Source: Oscillospiraceae bacterium (lineage in GTDB: Bacteria; Bacillota; Clostridia; Oscillospirales; Acutalibacteraceae). Taken from it: DNA of 64,000 nt. The notes under the pieces are model-generated. The model was not told the DNA's origin. It did not search any database and was given only the letters and a program-made list of their open reading frames with translations. Made by a program: the position numbers and the translations under genes. The DNA is taken from assembly GCA_015065935.1 (NCBI GenBank), contig SVPI01000003.1, positions 30,563 through 94,562 of the forward strand. Reading direction: 5' to 3'. Positions 9,143 through 19,552 of this stretch are shown here, piece after piece (the first letter of the stretch is position 1; every line of letters starts with the position of its first letter).

Positions 9143-9301
9143 CTATTCAGCCTCTACAGTGGTAATTTCGCAAGGGAGATATTCTTTTTTAATCAGTTCC
9201 TTTTTCTTTAAAAGGCTGTCAATAATATAAACAGCGCCTGCGATAGCGGCAACCACTGCCAAAATGATTAAAACAACGTATAAAAACTTTTTAAGCTTCA
9301 T
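9143..9301 (-). CDS. Small single-pass membrane protein (52 aa)
   Basis: Below the ORF-track size cut-off. My translation is MKLKKFLYVVLIILAVVAAIAGAVYIIDSLLKKKELIKKEYLPCEITTVEAE. AAAGAGGTG lies 7 nt upstream of the ATG. The terminator at 9002-9035 follows. Confidence 0.5.
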   Translation of the reverse strand: MKLKKFLYVVLIILAVVAAIAGAVYIIDSLLKKKELIKKEYLPCEITTVEAE

Positions 9302-9353
9302 TTTAAACACCTCTTTAAGTTATTATATATTAAAAATTTTTTCTTGTCAATGT

Positions 9354-10880
9354 TTACATAAAGGGTGAAAAAATATGGAGAACCATCTGTTTTATTTTTT
9401 GAAAAAGAGGTCGGTTTTTCCATTCTTTTTCGGTTATTTCCTTTGATTTTTCAAACAGCTCATTGAACTGATTTTTAATCGCTGAATTGCAGCAGGAACC
9501 GCTTTCCCACACGCCGCACTCAAAGTGAAAATAAAAGCTGCGATAGTCCATATTTACGCTGCCTATGGTGGCAATTTTATCATCGCTTAAAAACACCTTT
9601 GAATGAATGAAACCGGGGGTATATTCGTAAATTTTGACCCCCGATGAGAGCAGTTCGCCGTAGCTTTGCTGCGTTACGGGATGAACGTACCATTTATCGG
9701 GGTGAGAGGGCGTTATAATCCTTACATCAATTCCCGATTTTGCCGCTAATTTCAGGGCACTTTTCATATTGGAATCAAGGATTAAATAGGGGGACATAAT
9801 ATAAACATATTTTTGCGCTGTATTTATTATTTGCATATAAATTCCCTCAGCGGGATTTTTGCCGTTGAGCGGGTCATCGCAATAGGGCAAAATGTGCCCA
9901 TCATCTTCAAAGGATACGCTCGCGAAATAATTTTCGATTTTTGTTTTTTCGCCCGTTGTGAACTCCCACATTGAGCAAAACATAGCGACAAAGCTATCGG
10001 TTGCTCTTCCTTTAAGCATAATGCCGCAGTCCTGCCAGTGGCCGAAGCGAGGAAGTCGGTTTATATATTCATCGCCAATGTTTATACCGCCTGTGAAGGT
10101 GGTAATGCCGTCAATGATAACAATTTTTCTGTGATTTCGGTTGTTCATAAAAATATCAACCGAGGGTCTTAACGGATTAAAAACAGAAACCTTTATTCCT
10201 GAATTTTTCAGCTCTTTAACGAAGTTCTTTCCCTGCCTTCCTATTGAACCGAAATCATCAAAAATAATGCGCACCTCTACACCGCTTTTGGCCTTTTGGA
10301 CTAAAATTTCTTTGATTGAATCCCACATAAAGCCATCGGCCAGAATAAAAAATTCAATAAAAATATATTTTTCGGCACTTTTTAGTTCAAACAGCAGATG
10401 GTCAAAAAAACTTTCTCCGCTTTCAAGATATTCGGTTTTTGTTCCCGAATAAATGGGTAAACCCGTTTCGCGGCTTAAGTAATCCGCTTGGCGAGCGTGG
10501 AAAAGGTCGCTGCTGAAAAGCTTTTCTTTCTCACTATCATCCGTTTTAAGCTTTGAAAAATATTCTTTTTCGCAGTTAGCCATTTTTCTTTTCAAATGCG
10601 GGAAAACTCGGCCGCCTCCGAAAAGCAAAAAAACGCATATTCCAAGGATAGGGAAGAGCAAAATGAGAACAACCCAGGCCATTTTGTAGCTGGGATTTCC
10701 TTCGCGACTGATAATGTAAATTGAAAAAACAGCGGCAATAACGCCGCAAAGCTCATAAAACCACAATGCTGATTTCCATAAGTAAATCAGAGGAAAAACA
10801 ATAAGGCAGAATTGAACTAGAATTAAGATTGCGATTATAATTGATTTAAGTGGTATTGGCAGTCCTCTTTTTTTCAACAT
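9354..10880 (-). CDS. cls: Cardiolipin synthase
   Basis: Two HKD motifs (HRKIVIIDG and HSKVFLSDD) and two N-terminal TM helices. I moved the start to ATG at 10880 (MLKKRGLPI...), which follows GGAGTG. Confidence 0.9.
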   Translation of the reverse strand: MLKKRGLPIPLKSIIIAILILVQFCLIVFPLIYLWKSALWFYELCGVIAAVFSIYIISREGNPSYKMAWVVLILLFPILGICVFLLFGGGRVFPHLKRKMANCEKEYFSKLKTDDSEKEKLFSSDLFHARQADYLSRETGLPIYSGTKTEYLESGESFFDHLLFELKSAEKYIFIEFFILADGFMWDSIKEILVQKAKSGVEVRIIFDDFGSIGRQGKNFVKELKNSGIKVSVFNPLRPSVDIFMNNRNHRKIVIIDGITTFTGGINIGDEYINRLPRFGHWQDCGIMLKGRATDSFVAMFCSMWEFTTGEKTKIENYFASVSFEDDGHILPYCDDPLNGKNPAEGIYMQIINTAQKYVYIMSPYLILDSNMKSALKLAAKSGIDVRIITPSHPDKWYVHPVTQQSYGELLSSGVKIYEYTPGFIHSKVFLSDDKIATIGSVNMDYRSFYFHFECGVWESGSCCNSAIKNQFNELFEKSKEITEKEWKNRPLFQKIKQMVLHIFSPFM

Positions 10881-11037
10881 TTTCACACTCCATATTGAAA
10901 TTTTAGCACCAAAAATGCTATGATTCAAATTTTTGCGAGATTTGTAACAAAAAATTTACATTTTTTTGTGGTATAACAGGAGAGTTTATGTTATACTGTA
11001 TAAGTAATATTTTATCTACTGCTCGGAGGGATAGTTT

Positions 11038-12315
11038 TTGAACAGCAACAGTGCTATTAAAATAGCCGATGGTGTGGAAGGTATTTTTATTAAAAACACC
11101 CGCTTTAACACCACCCTTATCTCCCTTAATTTCTATATGCCCTTAAAAAACGAAACCGTGTCTATAAATGCAATGCTAACCTATGTTCTTAGCACCTGTT
11201 CGGGTCGTTTTGGCGGCTTTAAGGAAATGAACCGCCATTTGAATATGCTTTACGGCGCCGATGTTGCCGTTTCGGCAATGCCTGTGGGTAACACCCAGCT
11301 TATTCGTTTTGTTATTACCGCAATTAATGATAAATACACTATCGGCGGCGAGAAAAATGTAAGCGCCGCGGCCGATTATCTCCTTTCCTTGCTCTTTGAG
11401 CCAAGGCTTGAAAACGGTGTTTTCTGCCAGGCTGATTTATTAAGAGAAAGGCGTAAAATGCTTGAGGACCTTGAGGCCGAGCTTAACGAGAAAAGAAACT
11501 TTGCAAGAAAGCGCCTTAAGGAGGAAATGTTTGAAAACGACCCCTTTGGCCTTAACAAGCTTGGCACAAGTCAGGCAATTTCAAAAATTACCGAGGCAGG
11601 TCTTAAAAAAGCCCTCGATGATATGCTCAAAAGCGCCTTTATTAGCGTGCACGCCGTTGGCGAAACCTTGCCCGAAGGGCTGTTCGAAAAAATCGGTGAA
11701 AGGTTCAGTGCGCTTAAAAGGGAAAATATAACAAACTGCAAAACCCTGCCGGCACCCAAGATGCGCGATACGGTTAAAGAGGTTACCGATAGAATGGATG
11801 TTGTCCAGGGTAAGCTGGTTATGGGCTTTACATCATCGGTTTATGGTGATGACAATGTGTCACTGCCCCTAATGGTTGCCGTTGATATTTTCGGCGGTGG
11901 ACCCTATTCAAGGCTGTTTAGCGTTGTTAGAGAAAAAATGAGCCTTTGTTATTATTGCTCGGCATCAAGCGTTAGAAGTCGCGGCTTTGTTATGGTTGAT
12001 TCAGGTCTGGAGGCCGAAAATGCCGAAAAGGCGAAAAATGAAATTTTAAATCAGCTGGAAATTGTTAAAAACGGCGAGTTTTCCGATTTTGAGTTTAATT
12101 CCTCAATTAAAAGCATTTGCGGCTCGCTTAAAAGCTATAACGATTCACTTTCCTCGGTTGATTTGTGGTACGCTCTTAAAATTTATAACGAAAACCTCAC
12201 ATCACCTGAGGAAATGTGTGAGGCAGTAAGAAAAATAACCAGGGAAGATGTTATTGCCGCGGCAAAGGGCATTTCCCTTAACACCGTTTATATGCTTTTA
12301 CCGGAGGCCAAGTAA
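11038..12315 (+). CDS. M16-family (pitrilysin-like) peptidase, non-catalytic partner subunit
   Basis: 425 aa with M16 fold-like length and a partner gene immediately downstream. It lacks an HxxEH motif. TTG start follows GGAGGG. Confidence 0.65.
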   Translation: MNSNSAIKIADGVEGIFIKNTRFNTTLISLNFYMPLKNETVSINAMLTYVLSTCSGRFGGFKEMNRHLNMLYGADVAVSAMPVGNTQLIRFVITAINDKYTIGGEKNVSAAADYLLSLLFEPRLENGVFCQADLLRERRKMLEDLEAELNEKRNFARKRLKEEMFENDPFGLNKLGTSQAISKITEAGLKKALDDMLKSAFISVHAVGETLPEGLFEKIGERFSALKRENITNCKTLPAPKMRDTVKEVTDRMDVVQGKLVMGFTSSVYGDDNVSLPLMVAVDIFGGGPYSRLFSVVREKMSLCYYCSASSVRSRGFVMVDSGLEAENAEKAKNEILNQLEIVKNGEFSDFEFNSSIKSICGSLKSYNDSLSSVDLWYALKIYNENLTSPEEMCEAVRKITREDVIAAAKGISLNTVYMLLPEAK

Positions 12316-13581
12316 ATGAAAAAAGAAATAATCAGTTCACCTGTTGGCGTCTGCTGTGTTAAAGCAACCCTTGATAGCGGGCTTCAGGTTTTTATTGTTG
12401 AAAAAAAGGATTACGATTCGGCCTACGCTCTTTTTGGAACAAAATATGGCTCTATTGATACCGTTTTCAGCCGTGATGGAGAAAATTTTACTCAGGTTCC
12501 CGAGGGTATTGCCCATTTTTTAGAGCACAAGCTTTTCGAGAGTGAGGATGGCGATGCCTTTACTCGCTATGCCGAAACAGGCGCCTATGCCAATGCCTTT
12601 ACATCCTTTGACAGAACCTGCTATCTCTTCTCCTGCTCTGATAACTTTGAGAAAAATTTAGAAATTCTGCTTGATTTTGTGCAAAGCCCCTATTTCACCG
12701 CCGAAACGGTTAAAAAGGAGCAGGGAATAATCGGTCAGGAAATAAGAATGTATGAGGATAGCCCTTCATGGCGCGTTCTTTTTAATATGCTTCTTGCAAT
12801 GTATCAAAATCATCCTGTGAGAATTGATATTGCAGGCACCACCGATTCCATTGCAAAAATTGATGATAAACTGCTTTACGAGTGCTATAACACCTTTTAT
12901 CACCCTTCAAATATGTTCATTTGCATTGCAGGCAAGGTTGATGCAAATGCCGTTTTAGAGCAAATTGAAAAGGGTATTAAGAAAAACGATAAAGCAATTA
13001 TAATTCGCGGTGAACACCCGGAAAGTGACAGCGTTTTAAGCACCTATACCGAGCAGAATTTGCAGGTGGCACAGCCCCTGTTCTGCTATGGCTTTAAGCT
13101 TAAAACCCAGGGTATTATGCCTTTATTTGACCGAGTTTGCTTCCAGGCTGCCCTTGATATTTTAGCAGGGGATAATTCTGATTTATTTGAGGATTTAATG
13201 AATAAATCCCTCATTAATGATGAGTTTGACACCGAGGTTTTCTGCGGCAATGGCTATGCCTCGGTAATCTTTTCAGGTGAATCTAAAGAGCCCGAGGCGG
13301 TAAAAAACGCCATAAACCGTGAGATTGCAAGGCTAATTGAAAATGGAATTGATGACAAAATTTTTGAGGCGGTAAAGCGCGGAATGTACGGTGATGCCGT
13401 TAAACGCTTTAACTCGGTTCAGTCAATAGGAATGCAGCTTTGTGAGGCGGCGGTAAGCGGTGATGAGGTGTTTGGTGATTTAGAGAAGCTTAGCAAAATC
13501 ACAAAACAGGATGTAACCCGTTGCCTAAAGCAATTAAAGGAAGAAACCTCCGTTTTATCGGTGGTTAAAAGTAAGGAGTAA
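12316..13581 (+). CDS. M16-family zinc peptidase (catalytic subunit)
   Basis: HFLEH matches the inverted zinc motif HxxEH near the N-terminus. The ATG abuts the stop of the upstream gene. Confidence 0.8.
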   Translation: MKKEIISSPVGVCCVKATLDSGLQVFIVEKKDYDSAYALFGTKYGSIDTVFSRDGENFTQVPEGIAHFLEHKLFESEDGDAFTRYAETGAYANAFTSFDRTCYLFSCSDNFEKNLEILLDFVQSPYFTAETVKKEQGIIGQEIRMYEDSPSWRVLFNMLLAMYQNHPVRIDIAGTTDSIAKIDDKLLYECYNTFYHPSNMFICIAGKVDANAVLEQIEKGIKKNDKAIIIRGEHPESDSVLSTYTEQNLQVAQPLFCYGFKLKTQGIMPLFDRVCFQAALDILAGDNSDLFEDLMNKSLINDEFDTEVFCGNGYASVIFSGESKEPEAVKNAINREIARLIENGIDDKIFEAVKRGMYGDAVKRFNSVQSIGMQLCEAAVSGDEVFGDLEKLSKITKQDVTRCLKQLKEETSVLSVVKSKE

Positions 13582-13586
13582 GCAAA

Positions 13587-14468
13587 ATGGAAGTAACAAT
13601 TTTTGGAATTCACTTAACCCTTAACCCCATTGCATTCACCATTCCCATAGGGGATGGTTGGAATGTTTATTGGTATGGTATTTTAATTGCAACAGGCTTT
13701 CTGCTTGCCATTATTTACGGCCTTAAAAATGCAAAACGCTTTGAAATTAACATTGATAGAATGCTTGATGTTGTTCTTGTAACCACACCTGTTGCCATTC
13801 TTTGTGCAAGGGCATATTATGTGATTTTTGACCCCAATGGCAGCATCTCCTCCTTTGGAGAATTCTTCGGCTTTGGTGATTCCTCGGGCTTTGCAGGTCT
13901 TGCAATTTACGGTGGTGTTATTGGCGCCGCCATTTGCGGTGTGCTTATGTGCAAGCTTCGTAAGATTAATGTTACCGATATGCTTGATTTAGCGGCTTTA
14001 GGCTTCCTTATCGGTCAGTCGGTGGGTCGCTGGGGCAACTTTATAAATCAGGAGGCCTTTGGCACCCTTACAGGCAGCACCTGGTGGGGAATGGAAAGTG
14101 TTAATACAAATGCCGTTTGCGGCGAGGGTCTTGTTCACCCCTGCTTCCTTTATGAATCAATTTGGTGCGCTGTGGGCTTTGTGCTTTTACATATCCTCTC
14201 TAAAAAGCGCCATTTCAGCGGCGAAATAGCCCTCCATTATTGCGCTTGGTACGGGCTTGGCAGAATGTTTATAGAAATGCTCAGAACCGATTCTTTAATG
14301 ATTGGACCCTTCCGTGTTTCGGTGCTTGTATCTTTTGCACTTTGCGTTCTTGGCATTACACTTATTGTTGTTATAAGAAACAAACAAAAAACAGCAGTTT
14401 CCGATGCTACCTATTCCTCACAGTTTGTTGAAAACGAAGAGGAAACAAAAGAAGAAACCGAGGAATAA
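13587..14468 (+). CDS. lgt: Prolipoprotein diacylglyceryl transferase
   Basis: GRWGNFINQEAFG signature, a multi-pass membrane profile, and AAGGAG as RBS. Confidence 0.9.
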   Translation: MEVTIFGIHLTLNPIAFTIPIGDGWNVYWYGILIATGFLLAIIYGLKNAKRFEINIDRMLDVVLVTTPVAILCARAYYVIFDPNGSISSFGEFFGFGDSSGFAGLAIYGGVIGAAICGVLMCKLRKINVTDMLDLAALGFLIGQSVGRWGNFINQEAFGTLTGSTWWGMESVNTNAVCGEGLVHPCFLYESIWCAVGFVLLHILSKKRHFSGEIALHYCAWYGLGRMFIEMLRTDSLMIGPFRVSVLVSFALCVLGITLIVVIRNKQKTAVSDATYSSQFVENEEETKEETEE

Positions 14469-14470
14469 AA

Positions 14471-15325
14471 ATGGCTTATAAAATTATAAACGGCAAGGAA
14501 ATTTCTGCCGCCGTTAAGGAAAGAATAAAAAAAGAGGTTGAGACCCTTAAAAATAAGGGAATAGGTGTAGGCCTCGCAGTTATTTTGGTGGGCGAAAACC
14601 CTGCTTCAAAGGTTTATGTTGCCAACAAGAAAAAGGCCTGTGAGGAGCTTGGAATTAAATCCTTTGAATTTAAACTCCCTGAACAAACAACCGAAGAAGA
14701 GCTTATTTCTCTTATTAAAAAACTTAATGAGGATAGCGAGGTAAACGGCATTTTGTGTCAATTGCCATTGCCCGCTCACCTTGATGAAGGCACCGTTATA
14801 AACACCATTGTTCCCGAAAAGGATGTGGATGCATTCCACCCTGTTAATGTGGGCAAAATTATGATTGGCGATTTTGACTTTTTGCCCTGCACCCCTGCGG
14901 GGATTATGGAAATGCTAGCATATATGAACATTGATGTTTGCGGCAAGGAATGTGTTGTAATCGGCCGTTCTAACATTGTTGGTAAACCTATGGCAATGTT
15001 ACTGCTGCACAAAAACGCAACGGTTACCGTTTGCCACTCAAAAACCAAGGATTTAAAGGCGGTTACCTCCCGTGCCGATGTGCTTGTAAGCGCCGTTGGC
15101 AGGGCAGGCTTTGTAACCGCTGATATGGTTAAAGAGGGCGCAGTTGTAATTGATGTCGGAATGAACCGAAATGCAGAAAATAAGCTTTGCGGTGATGTTG
15201 ATTTTGAGGCTGTTGCCGAAAAGTGCAGTGCTATTACCCCCGTTCCCGGTGGTGTTGGCCCCATGACCATTGCAATGCTTATGCAAAACACCCTCACCGC
15301 CGCAAAGAAACAAAATAACATTTAG
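14471..15325 (+). CDS. folD: Bifunctional methylenetetrahydrofolate dehydrogenase/cyclohydrolase
   Basis: Signatures VGENPASKVYV, IGRSNIVGKPMAMLL and PVPGGVGPMTIAML. Confidence 0.95.
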   Translation: MAYKIINGKEISAAVKERIKKEVETLKNKGIGVGLAVILVGENPASKVYVANKKKACEELGIKSFEFKLPEQTTEEELISLIKKLNEDSEVNGILCQLPLPAHLDEGTVINTIVPEKDVDAFHPVNVGKIMIGDFDFLPCTPAGIMEMLAYMNIDVCGKECVVIGRSNIVGKPMAMLLLHKNATVTVCHSKTKDLKAVTSRADVLVSAVGRAGFVTADMVKEGAVVIDVGMNRNAENKLCGDVDFEAVAEKCSAITPVPGGVGPMTIAMLMQNTLTAAKKQNNI

Positions 15326-15336
15326 GATGAATTAGA

Positions 15337-16065
15337 TTGAAAACAAAAGCATTTGCTTTATTTTTGGCCCTTATGTGCCTTTTTAGTGTAACGGCATTTG
15401 CCGCTACCCCAACTGACGTGGATATTTCCCTTAATCTCGGTGAAGAGTTTTTTATCATCACCGAGGATTCGGTGTCGAAAAATGAAGAAATCGTTGAAAA
15501 TTTAGGCTACACAAAAAGCTCCTTTAAGGCGCTTTTTAGGGAAGGTACGCTGGTTGCATTTATTCTTCACGCCGACACGAAAACTCAAATTCAAATAAGG
15601 GCTGAGGAAACCCAGTTTTCTAAGAAGCTTGAGGATTTATCCCTTTTATCAGAGGATAATCTTTTGTCGGTTGCAAAGGAACTTTCCTCCGGCGCAAAGG
15701 GTGTTGTAAACATTGAGGATACAGCCTTTGTTCACAGCGTTTCGCAAATAACCGACGATGCGGGAAGCTACACGGTTTCACAGTATATAACCATAAAAAA
15801 CGGCAGGCTTTACACCTTTAATTTTTATTCGAATTCTCCAAGTGAAAGCTTTGAACATCAGGTGCTCTCCGCCGCCCAAATTAAAACAATTAAAAAGAAG
15901 GCAACCGTAACCGAAACGGTTATGCTCATTTTAATGTCTGTATTAATATTAGGCTTTGTTGTTGCAATGGGATTTTTAATCTTTTCAATTATCTCACAAA
16001 TAAGGAAAAACCGCGAGGACAACGATGTAAGAGAGTTTGTTCGAATAAAGCGTAGAAAATTTTAA
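15337..16065 (+). CDS. Hypothetical exported protein with signal peptide and C-terminal TM anchor
   Basis: The N-terminus is MKTKAFALFLALMCLFSVTAFAA. The C-terminal helix VMLILMSVLILGFVVAMGFLIFSII is followed by a basic tail. No family recognised. Confidence 0.6.
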   Translation: MKTKAFALFLALMCLFSVTAFAATPTDVDISLNLGEEFFIITEDSVSKNEEIVENLGYTKSSFKALFREGTLVAFILHADTKTQIQIRAEETQFSKKLEDLSLLSEDNLLSVAKELSSGAKGVVNIEDTAFVHSVSQITDDAGSYTVSQYITIKNGRLYTFNFYSNSPSESFEHQVLSAAQIKTIKKKATVTETVMLILMSVLILGFVVAMGFLIFSIISQIRKNREDNDVREFVRIKRRKF

Positions 16066-16154
16066 AATTCACTAAAAATTAACATTTTTGTTCAAAAAAT
16101 GTCATAAAATCTCAGTATTATTAGAGTGCAAAAAAAGAAAAAGCAGGTGTTTTA

Positions 16155-17381
16155 ATGGATAACAATTTCTCCTTCGATTTAAACGATAACGGCTATGAGC
16201 AGCCGCCCATAGAAAGCAAGCCTAAAGTAAACAATTCAAGGGTTATCACCATCATTGTTTCGGTTGCTTTATCTCTAATTGTAGGTGCGGCTTCAGGCTT
16301 TGGTGCCGCATTTGTGGGAATGAATTATTTTAAGCAACCCACCACACAAAATGAGGGCAGTTCAAACACGGTAAGTTCCAGCGATAATATGGGCATTGTT
16401 AACATTAATGTTGATAAAACCGTTGAATCGGTTGTTGAGGCTGTTGCCGAAAAGGTAAAGCCCAGCGTTGTGGGAATCAGAACCCTTTCCTCCTATAACA
16501 GCTTTTTTGGCTCCGGTGAGGAGGCAACAGGCGAGGGCTCGGGTATTATTTACACAAATGATGGCTATATTATCACAAACTATCACGTTATTGAAAATGC
16601 CATCGGCAACTCAAAAAGCCGCATTGAGGTTTTCCTTGAAGGCGATGTTGAAAACGGAATTGAAGCAACGGTTGTAGGCTATAACATTTCCTATGACCTT
16701 GCTGTTGTAAAAATTAAAACCAGCAAAAAATTAAACGCCATTGAGCTTTCCACCTCTGAGAATTTAAAGGTTGGTCAGTTTGTTGCCGCAGTTGGTAACC
16801 CCGGCGGAATTGAGTTTATGGGCTCGGTAACCTATGGAATTATAAGCGGTCTTAACCGTACCATTTCCGATGGCAGCACAAACGATGCCGTACCGCTTAT
16901 TCAAACCGATGCTGCCATTAACCCCGGTAATTCCGGCGGTGCCCTTGTAAATACAAAGGGTCAGCTTATTGGTGTTAACAGCTCTAAAATTGTTTCCGAA
17001 AGCTATGAGGGAATGGGCTTTGCAATTCCTGTTGATGAGGTTAAGGAAATCTGCAACAAGATTATCGATAGGGAATATGCACCTGCTCCTTATATCGGTA
17101 TAACAATAAGTGAGCGCTATGATGCCGCAACCCTTAAATATTTAGGTTACCCTGCAGGTGCCGTTGTTCAAAATGTTGTTGATGGCGGTCCCGCAAGTGA
17201 TGCAGGCATTAAACGCGGTCATATTATAACCGAGTTTAACGGAATTAAGATTACCGACTACACCGTGCTTACAAAAGCAATAAGCGAATGCACCCCCAAC
17301 GAGGTTATAACCGTTGTGGTTTACGAGAGCGGAAAGTACTATTCCACCTCACTAACCGTTGGCTCAAATAACCAGCAATAA
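16155..17381 (+). CDS. htrA: HtrA/DegP-family serine protease with PDZ domain
   Basis: Contains TNYHV, an SYDLAVVK context, GNSGGALVN (catalytic Ser), a C-terminal PDZ-like segment and an N-terminal TM helix. Confidence 0.85.
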   Translation: MDNNFSFDLNDNGYEQPPIESKPKVNNSRVITIIVSVALSLIVGAASGFGAAFVGMNYFKQPTTQNEGSSNTVSSSDNMGIVNINVDKTVESVVEAVAEKVKPSVVGIRTLSSYNSFFGSGEEATGEGSGIIYTNDGYIITNYHVIENAIGNSKSRIEVFLEGDVENGIEATVVGYNISYDLAVVKIKTSKKLNAIELSTSENLKVGQFVAAVGNPGGIEFMGSVTYGIISGLNRTISDGSTNDAVPLIQTDAAINPGNSGGALVNTKGQLIGVNSSKIVSESYEGMGFAIPVDEVKEICNKIIDREYAPAPYIGITISERYDAATLKYLGYPAGAVVQNVVDGGPASDAGIKRGHIITEFNGIKITDYTVLTKAISECTPNEVITVVVYESGKYYSTSLTVGSNNQQ

Positions 17382-17396
17382 TCTAAAAAACAAAGA

Positions 17397-17433
17397 AAGC
17401 AGGCGAAAATCACTGATTTTCGCCTGCTTTTTG
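17397..17433 (+). terminator. Intrinsic terminator after htrA
   Basis: A 15-bp stem, aagcaggcgaaaatc / gattttcgcctgctt, is followed by TTTGCTATTTT. Confidence 0.8.
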
Positions 17434-17485
17434 CTATTTTTGACCCAAATAAAAGGTTAAAAATGGTTACAAACTGCGATATGAG

Positions 17486-17515
17486 TTGACAAAGGTATTA
17501 TATATTTGATAAAAT
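17486..17515 (+). promoter_or_regulatory. Sigma-A type promoter of the yloC-remA-gmk block
   Basis: TTGACA, an 18-nt spacer, then an extended -10 TGaTAAAAT. Confidence 0.5.
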
Positions 17516-17565
17516 ATTATTATCTATATTGGGTGCTTATGTCCCAAAAACAGAGAGGTAATAAA

Positions 17566-18444
17566 ATGGTTAGAAGTATGACAGGCTTCGGAAGAGCCGA
17601 ACAGGATTTTGACGGACTTAATGTAACGGTGGAAATTAAATCGGTTAATCACCGTTATTTTGAGTTTTCCTCCCGCCTTCCAAGGTCTTATCAATATCTT
17701 GAGGAAAAGCTTAAAAACTTTTGCCAGGGTCGCATTGCCCGAGGCAAGGTTGAGGTCTCGGTTTTAATTGATGACACAAGGCCGGGCGGCACAAAGGTGG
17801 AAATTAATGGGGAATATTGCGATTCCTATTTAAACGCCCTTAAAACCCTTAAAACCTGCTATGATTTAAAGGATGACATTTCGGTTATGACGGTGGCAAG
17901 AAACCCCGAGGTTTTCAAAGTTACTAAAAGCGACCTTGATGCCGACCTTTTAACCGAAAGCGTTTTATCCGTTGCCTCTGCCGCGGCAGATGCCTTTGTT
18001 GCAATGAGAGAAACCGAGGGCCAGCGCCTTAAAGCAGATGTTGAAAACCGTGTGGGTATAATTTTAAACAGGGTGGAGCTTATTGAAAAAAGGTCACCCG
18101 AAACGGTTAAAATTTACCGCGAGAAAATTGAGCAAAAAATGCTGGAGCTACTTGGTAATGTTCAGGTAGATGAGCAAAGGCTGCTCACCGAAACCGCAAT
18201 TTTTGCCGATAAGGTGGCGGTTGCCGAGGAAACAGTAAGGCTTAGAAGCCACATGCAGCAGCTGTGTGCTTTAATGGAGGATAACGAGGCAATCGGCCGA
18301 AAGCTTGACTTTGTTGTTCAGGAAATGAACCGAGAGGCAAACACCATCGGCTCCAAGGCACAGGATATTGAAATTGCCCGAGCAGTTATTGATATTAAGG
18401 CCGAAATTGAAAAAATCCGTGAGCAAATTCAAAACATTGAATAA
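17566..18444 (+). CDS. yloC: YicC/YloC-family stress-induced protein (endoribonuclease family)
   Basis: MTGFGRAE at the N-terminus and the C-terminal LDFVVQEMNREANTIGSKA motif. I moved the start to ATG at 17566, which follows AGAGAGG. Confidence 0.85.
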   Translation: MVRSMTGFGRAEQDFDGLNVTVEIKSVNHRYFEFSSRLPRSYQYLEEKLKNFCQGRIARGKVEVSVLIDDTRPGGTKVEINGEYCDSYLNALKTLKTCYDLKDDISVMTVARNPEVFKVTKSDLDADLLTESVLSVASAAADAFVAMRETEGQRLKADVENRVGIILNRVELIEKRSPETVKIYREKIEQKMLELLGNVQVDEQRLLTETAIFADKVAVAEETVRLRSHMQQLCALMEDNEAIGRKLDFVVQEMNREANTIGSKAQDIEIARAVIDIKAEIEKIREQIQNIE

Positions 18445-18472
18445 GTCTTTTTAGGAAATTGAGGAATAAAAA

Positions 18473-18742
18473 ATGAAGCTTGTTAACATTGGTTTCGGCA
18501 ATATGGTTGCCGCAAATAGAATGATTGCAATAGTAAGCCCTGAATCGGCTCCCATAAAGCGCATTATTCAGGATGCTAAGGAACGCGGCACACTTATTGA
18601 TGCCACCCACGGCCGCAGAACAAGGGCTGTTATTATTACCGATAGCGACCATATAATTTTAACCTACCTGCAGTCGGAAACCGTTGCAAACCGAATTGTT
18701 GATGAAAACGCAATGGATGATGAGGAGGAAGAGGATGAATAA
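18473..18742 (+). CDS. remA: RemA/DUF370-family regulator
   Basis: [58 protein letters not shown] resembles RemA and sits in the conserved position before gmk. Confidence 0.85.
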   Translation: MKLVNIGFGNMVAANRMIAIVSPESAPIKRIIQDAKERGTLIDATHGRRTRAVIITDSDHIILTYLQSETVANRIVDENAMDDEEEEDE

Positions 18743-19343
18743 AGGCAGTCTTTTTATCATTTCGGGTCCCTCAGGTTCAGGCAAGGATACCGTTTTAAAG
18801 GAGGTCTTTAAGCTCCTTCCAAATGTTGCCTTTTCCATTTCTACCATCACCCGCCCTATGCGACCGGGGGAAATTGAAGGGGAAAAATACAACTTCGTTT
18901 CAAAGGAAAAATTCCTTTCAATGCTGGAAAATAATGAGCTTTTAGAGTTTAATGAGTATATCGGTAATTTCTACGGAACTCCCAGAAAGCCTGTTGATAA
19001 GGCGTTGGCAGAGGGCCGAGATATGATTTTAGAGGTTGACGTTAACGGCGCCTTTAAGGTTAAAGAAAAAATGAAGGATGCCGTGAGCATTTTCATAATG
19101 CCGCCCTCCTTTACCGAGCTTAAAAGAAGGCTCAGCTCCCGTGGAACCGATGATGAAGCGGTAATAAACAAGCGTATGAATGAGGCGCTCCGCGAAATTG
19201 AAAACGCAGTAAACTATGATTATATCGTAGTTAACGACAACATTCTTGCCGCCGCGCAGGATGTTGAACATATAATTTTAAGCAGCCGTTTAAGGACTGC
19301 AAGAAAAAAAGAAATAATTAATGAGGTGCTTGAAAAATGTTAG
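18735..19343 (+). CDS. gmk: Guanylate kinase
   Basis: [11 protein letters not shown]-loop and [10 protein letters not shown] moved the start to ATG at 18735, which overlaps the end of remA. Confidence 0.9.
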   Translation: MNKGSLFIISGPSGSGKDTVLKEVFKLLPNVAFSISTITRPMRPGEIEGEKYNFVSKEKFLSMLENNELLEFNEYIGNFYGTPRKPVDKALAEGRDMILEVDVNGAFKVKEKMKDAVSIFIMPPSFTELKRRLSSRGTDDEAVINKRMNEALREIENAVNYDYIVVNDNILAAAQDVEHIILSSRLRTARKKEIINEVLEKC

Positions 19344-19519
19344 ACCCCGCAATCGGAAAACTTATTGAAAATTACGAAAATCGTTACAGACTTGTTATTG
19401 ATGTTGCCAAAGAGGCAAGAGAGATTGCAAAGAAGGCTGAGGAAAGAGGAGAAATCATCATTGAGAAAACCGTAAGCCTTGCAATAGACAAGCTTGCAAA
19501 GGAAAAAGAGCTTATCTAA
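19337..19519 (+). CDS. rpoZ: DNA-directed RNA polymerase subunit omega
   Basis: 60 aa with an NRYRLVIDVAKEAREI core. It sits in the conserved gmk-rpoZ position, and its ATG overlaps the gmk stop. Confidence 0.8.
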   Translation: MLDPAIGKLIENYENRYRLVIDVAKEAREIAKKAEERGEIIIEKTVSLAIDKLAKEKELI

Positions 19520-19552
19520 TTCTTTTAAAAAATGCTTTGGGGGTGAGGGAAA

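Noticed and set aside
14776-15321. Large antisense or alternate-frame ORFs inside confident genes (also 1408-1794, 8121-8543, 20600-20950, 21160-21546, 28811-29170, 33178-33516, 42652-42978, 43816-44169, 51153-51482, 53887-54240, 60573-60884)
   Set aside because: Each lies wholly within a gene that has strong family motifs on the other strand or frame. Their translations are low-complexity (Ser/Pro/Arg/Leu-rich), and none has its own RBS.
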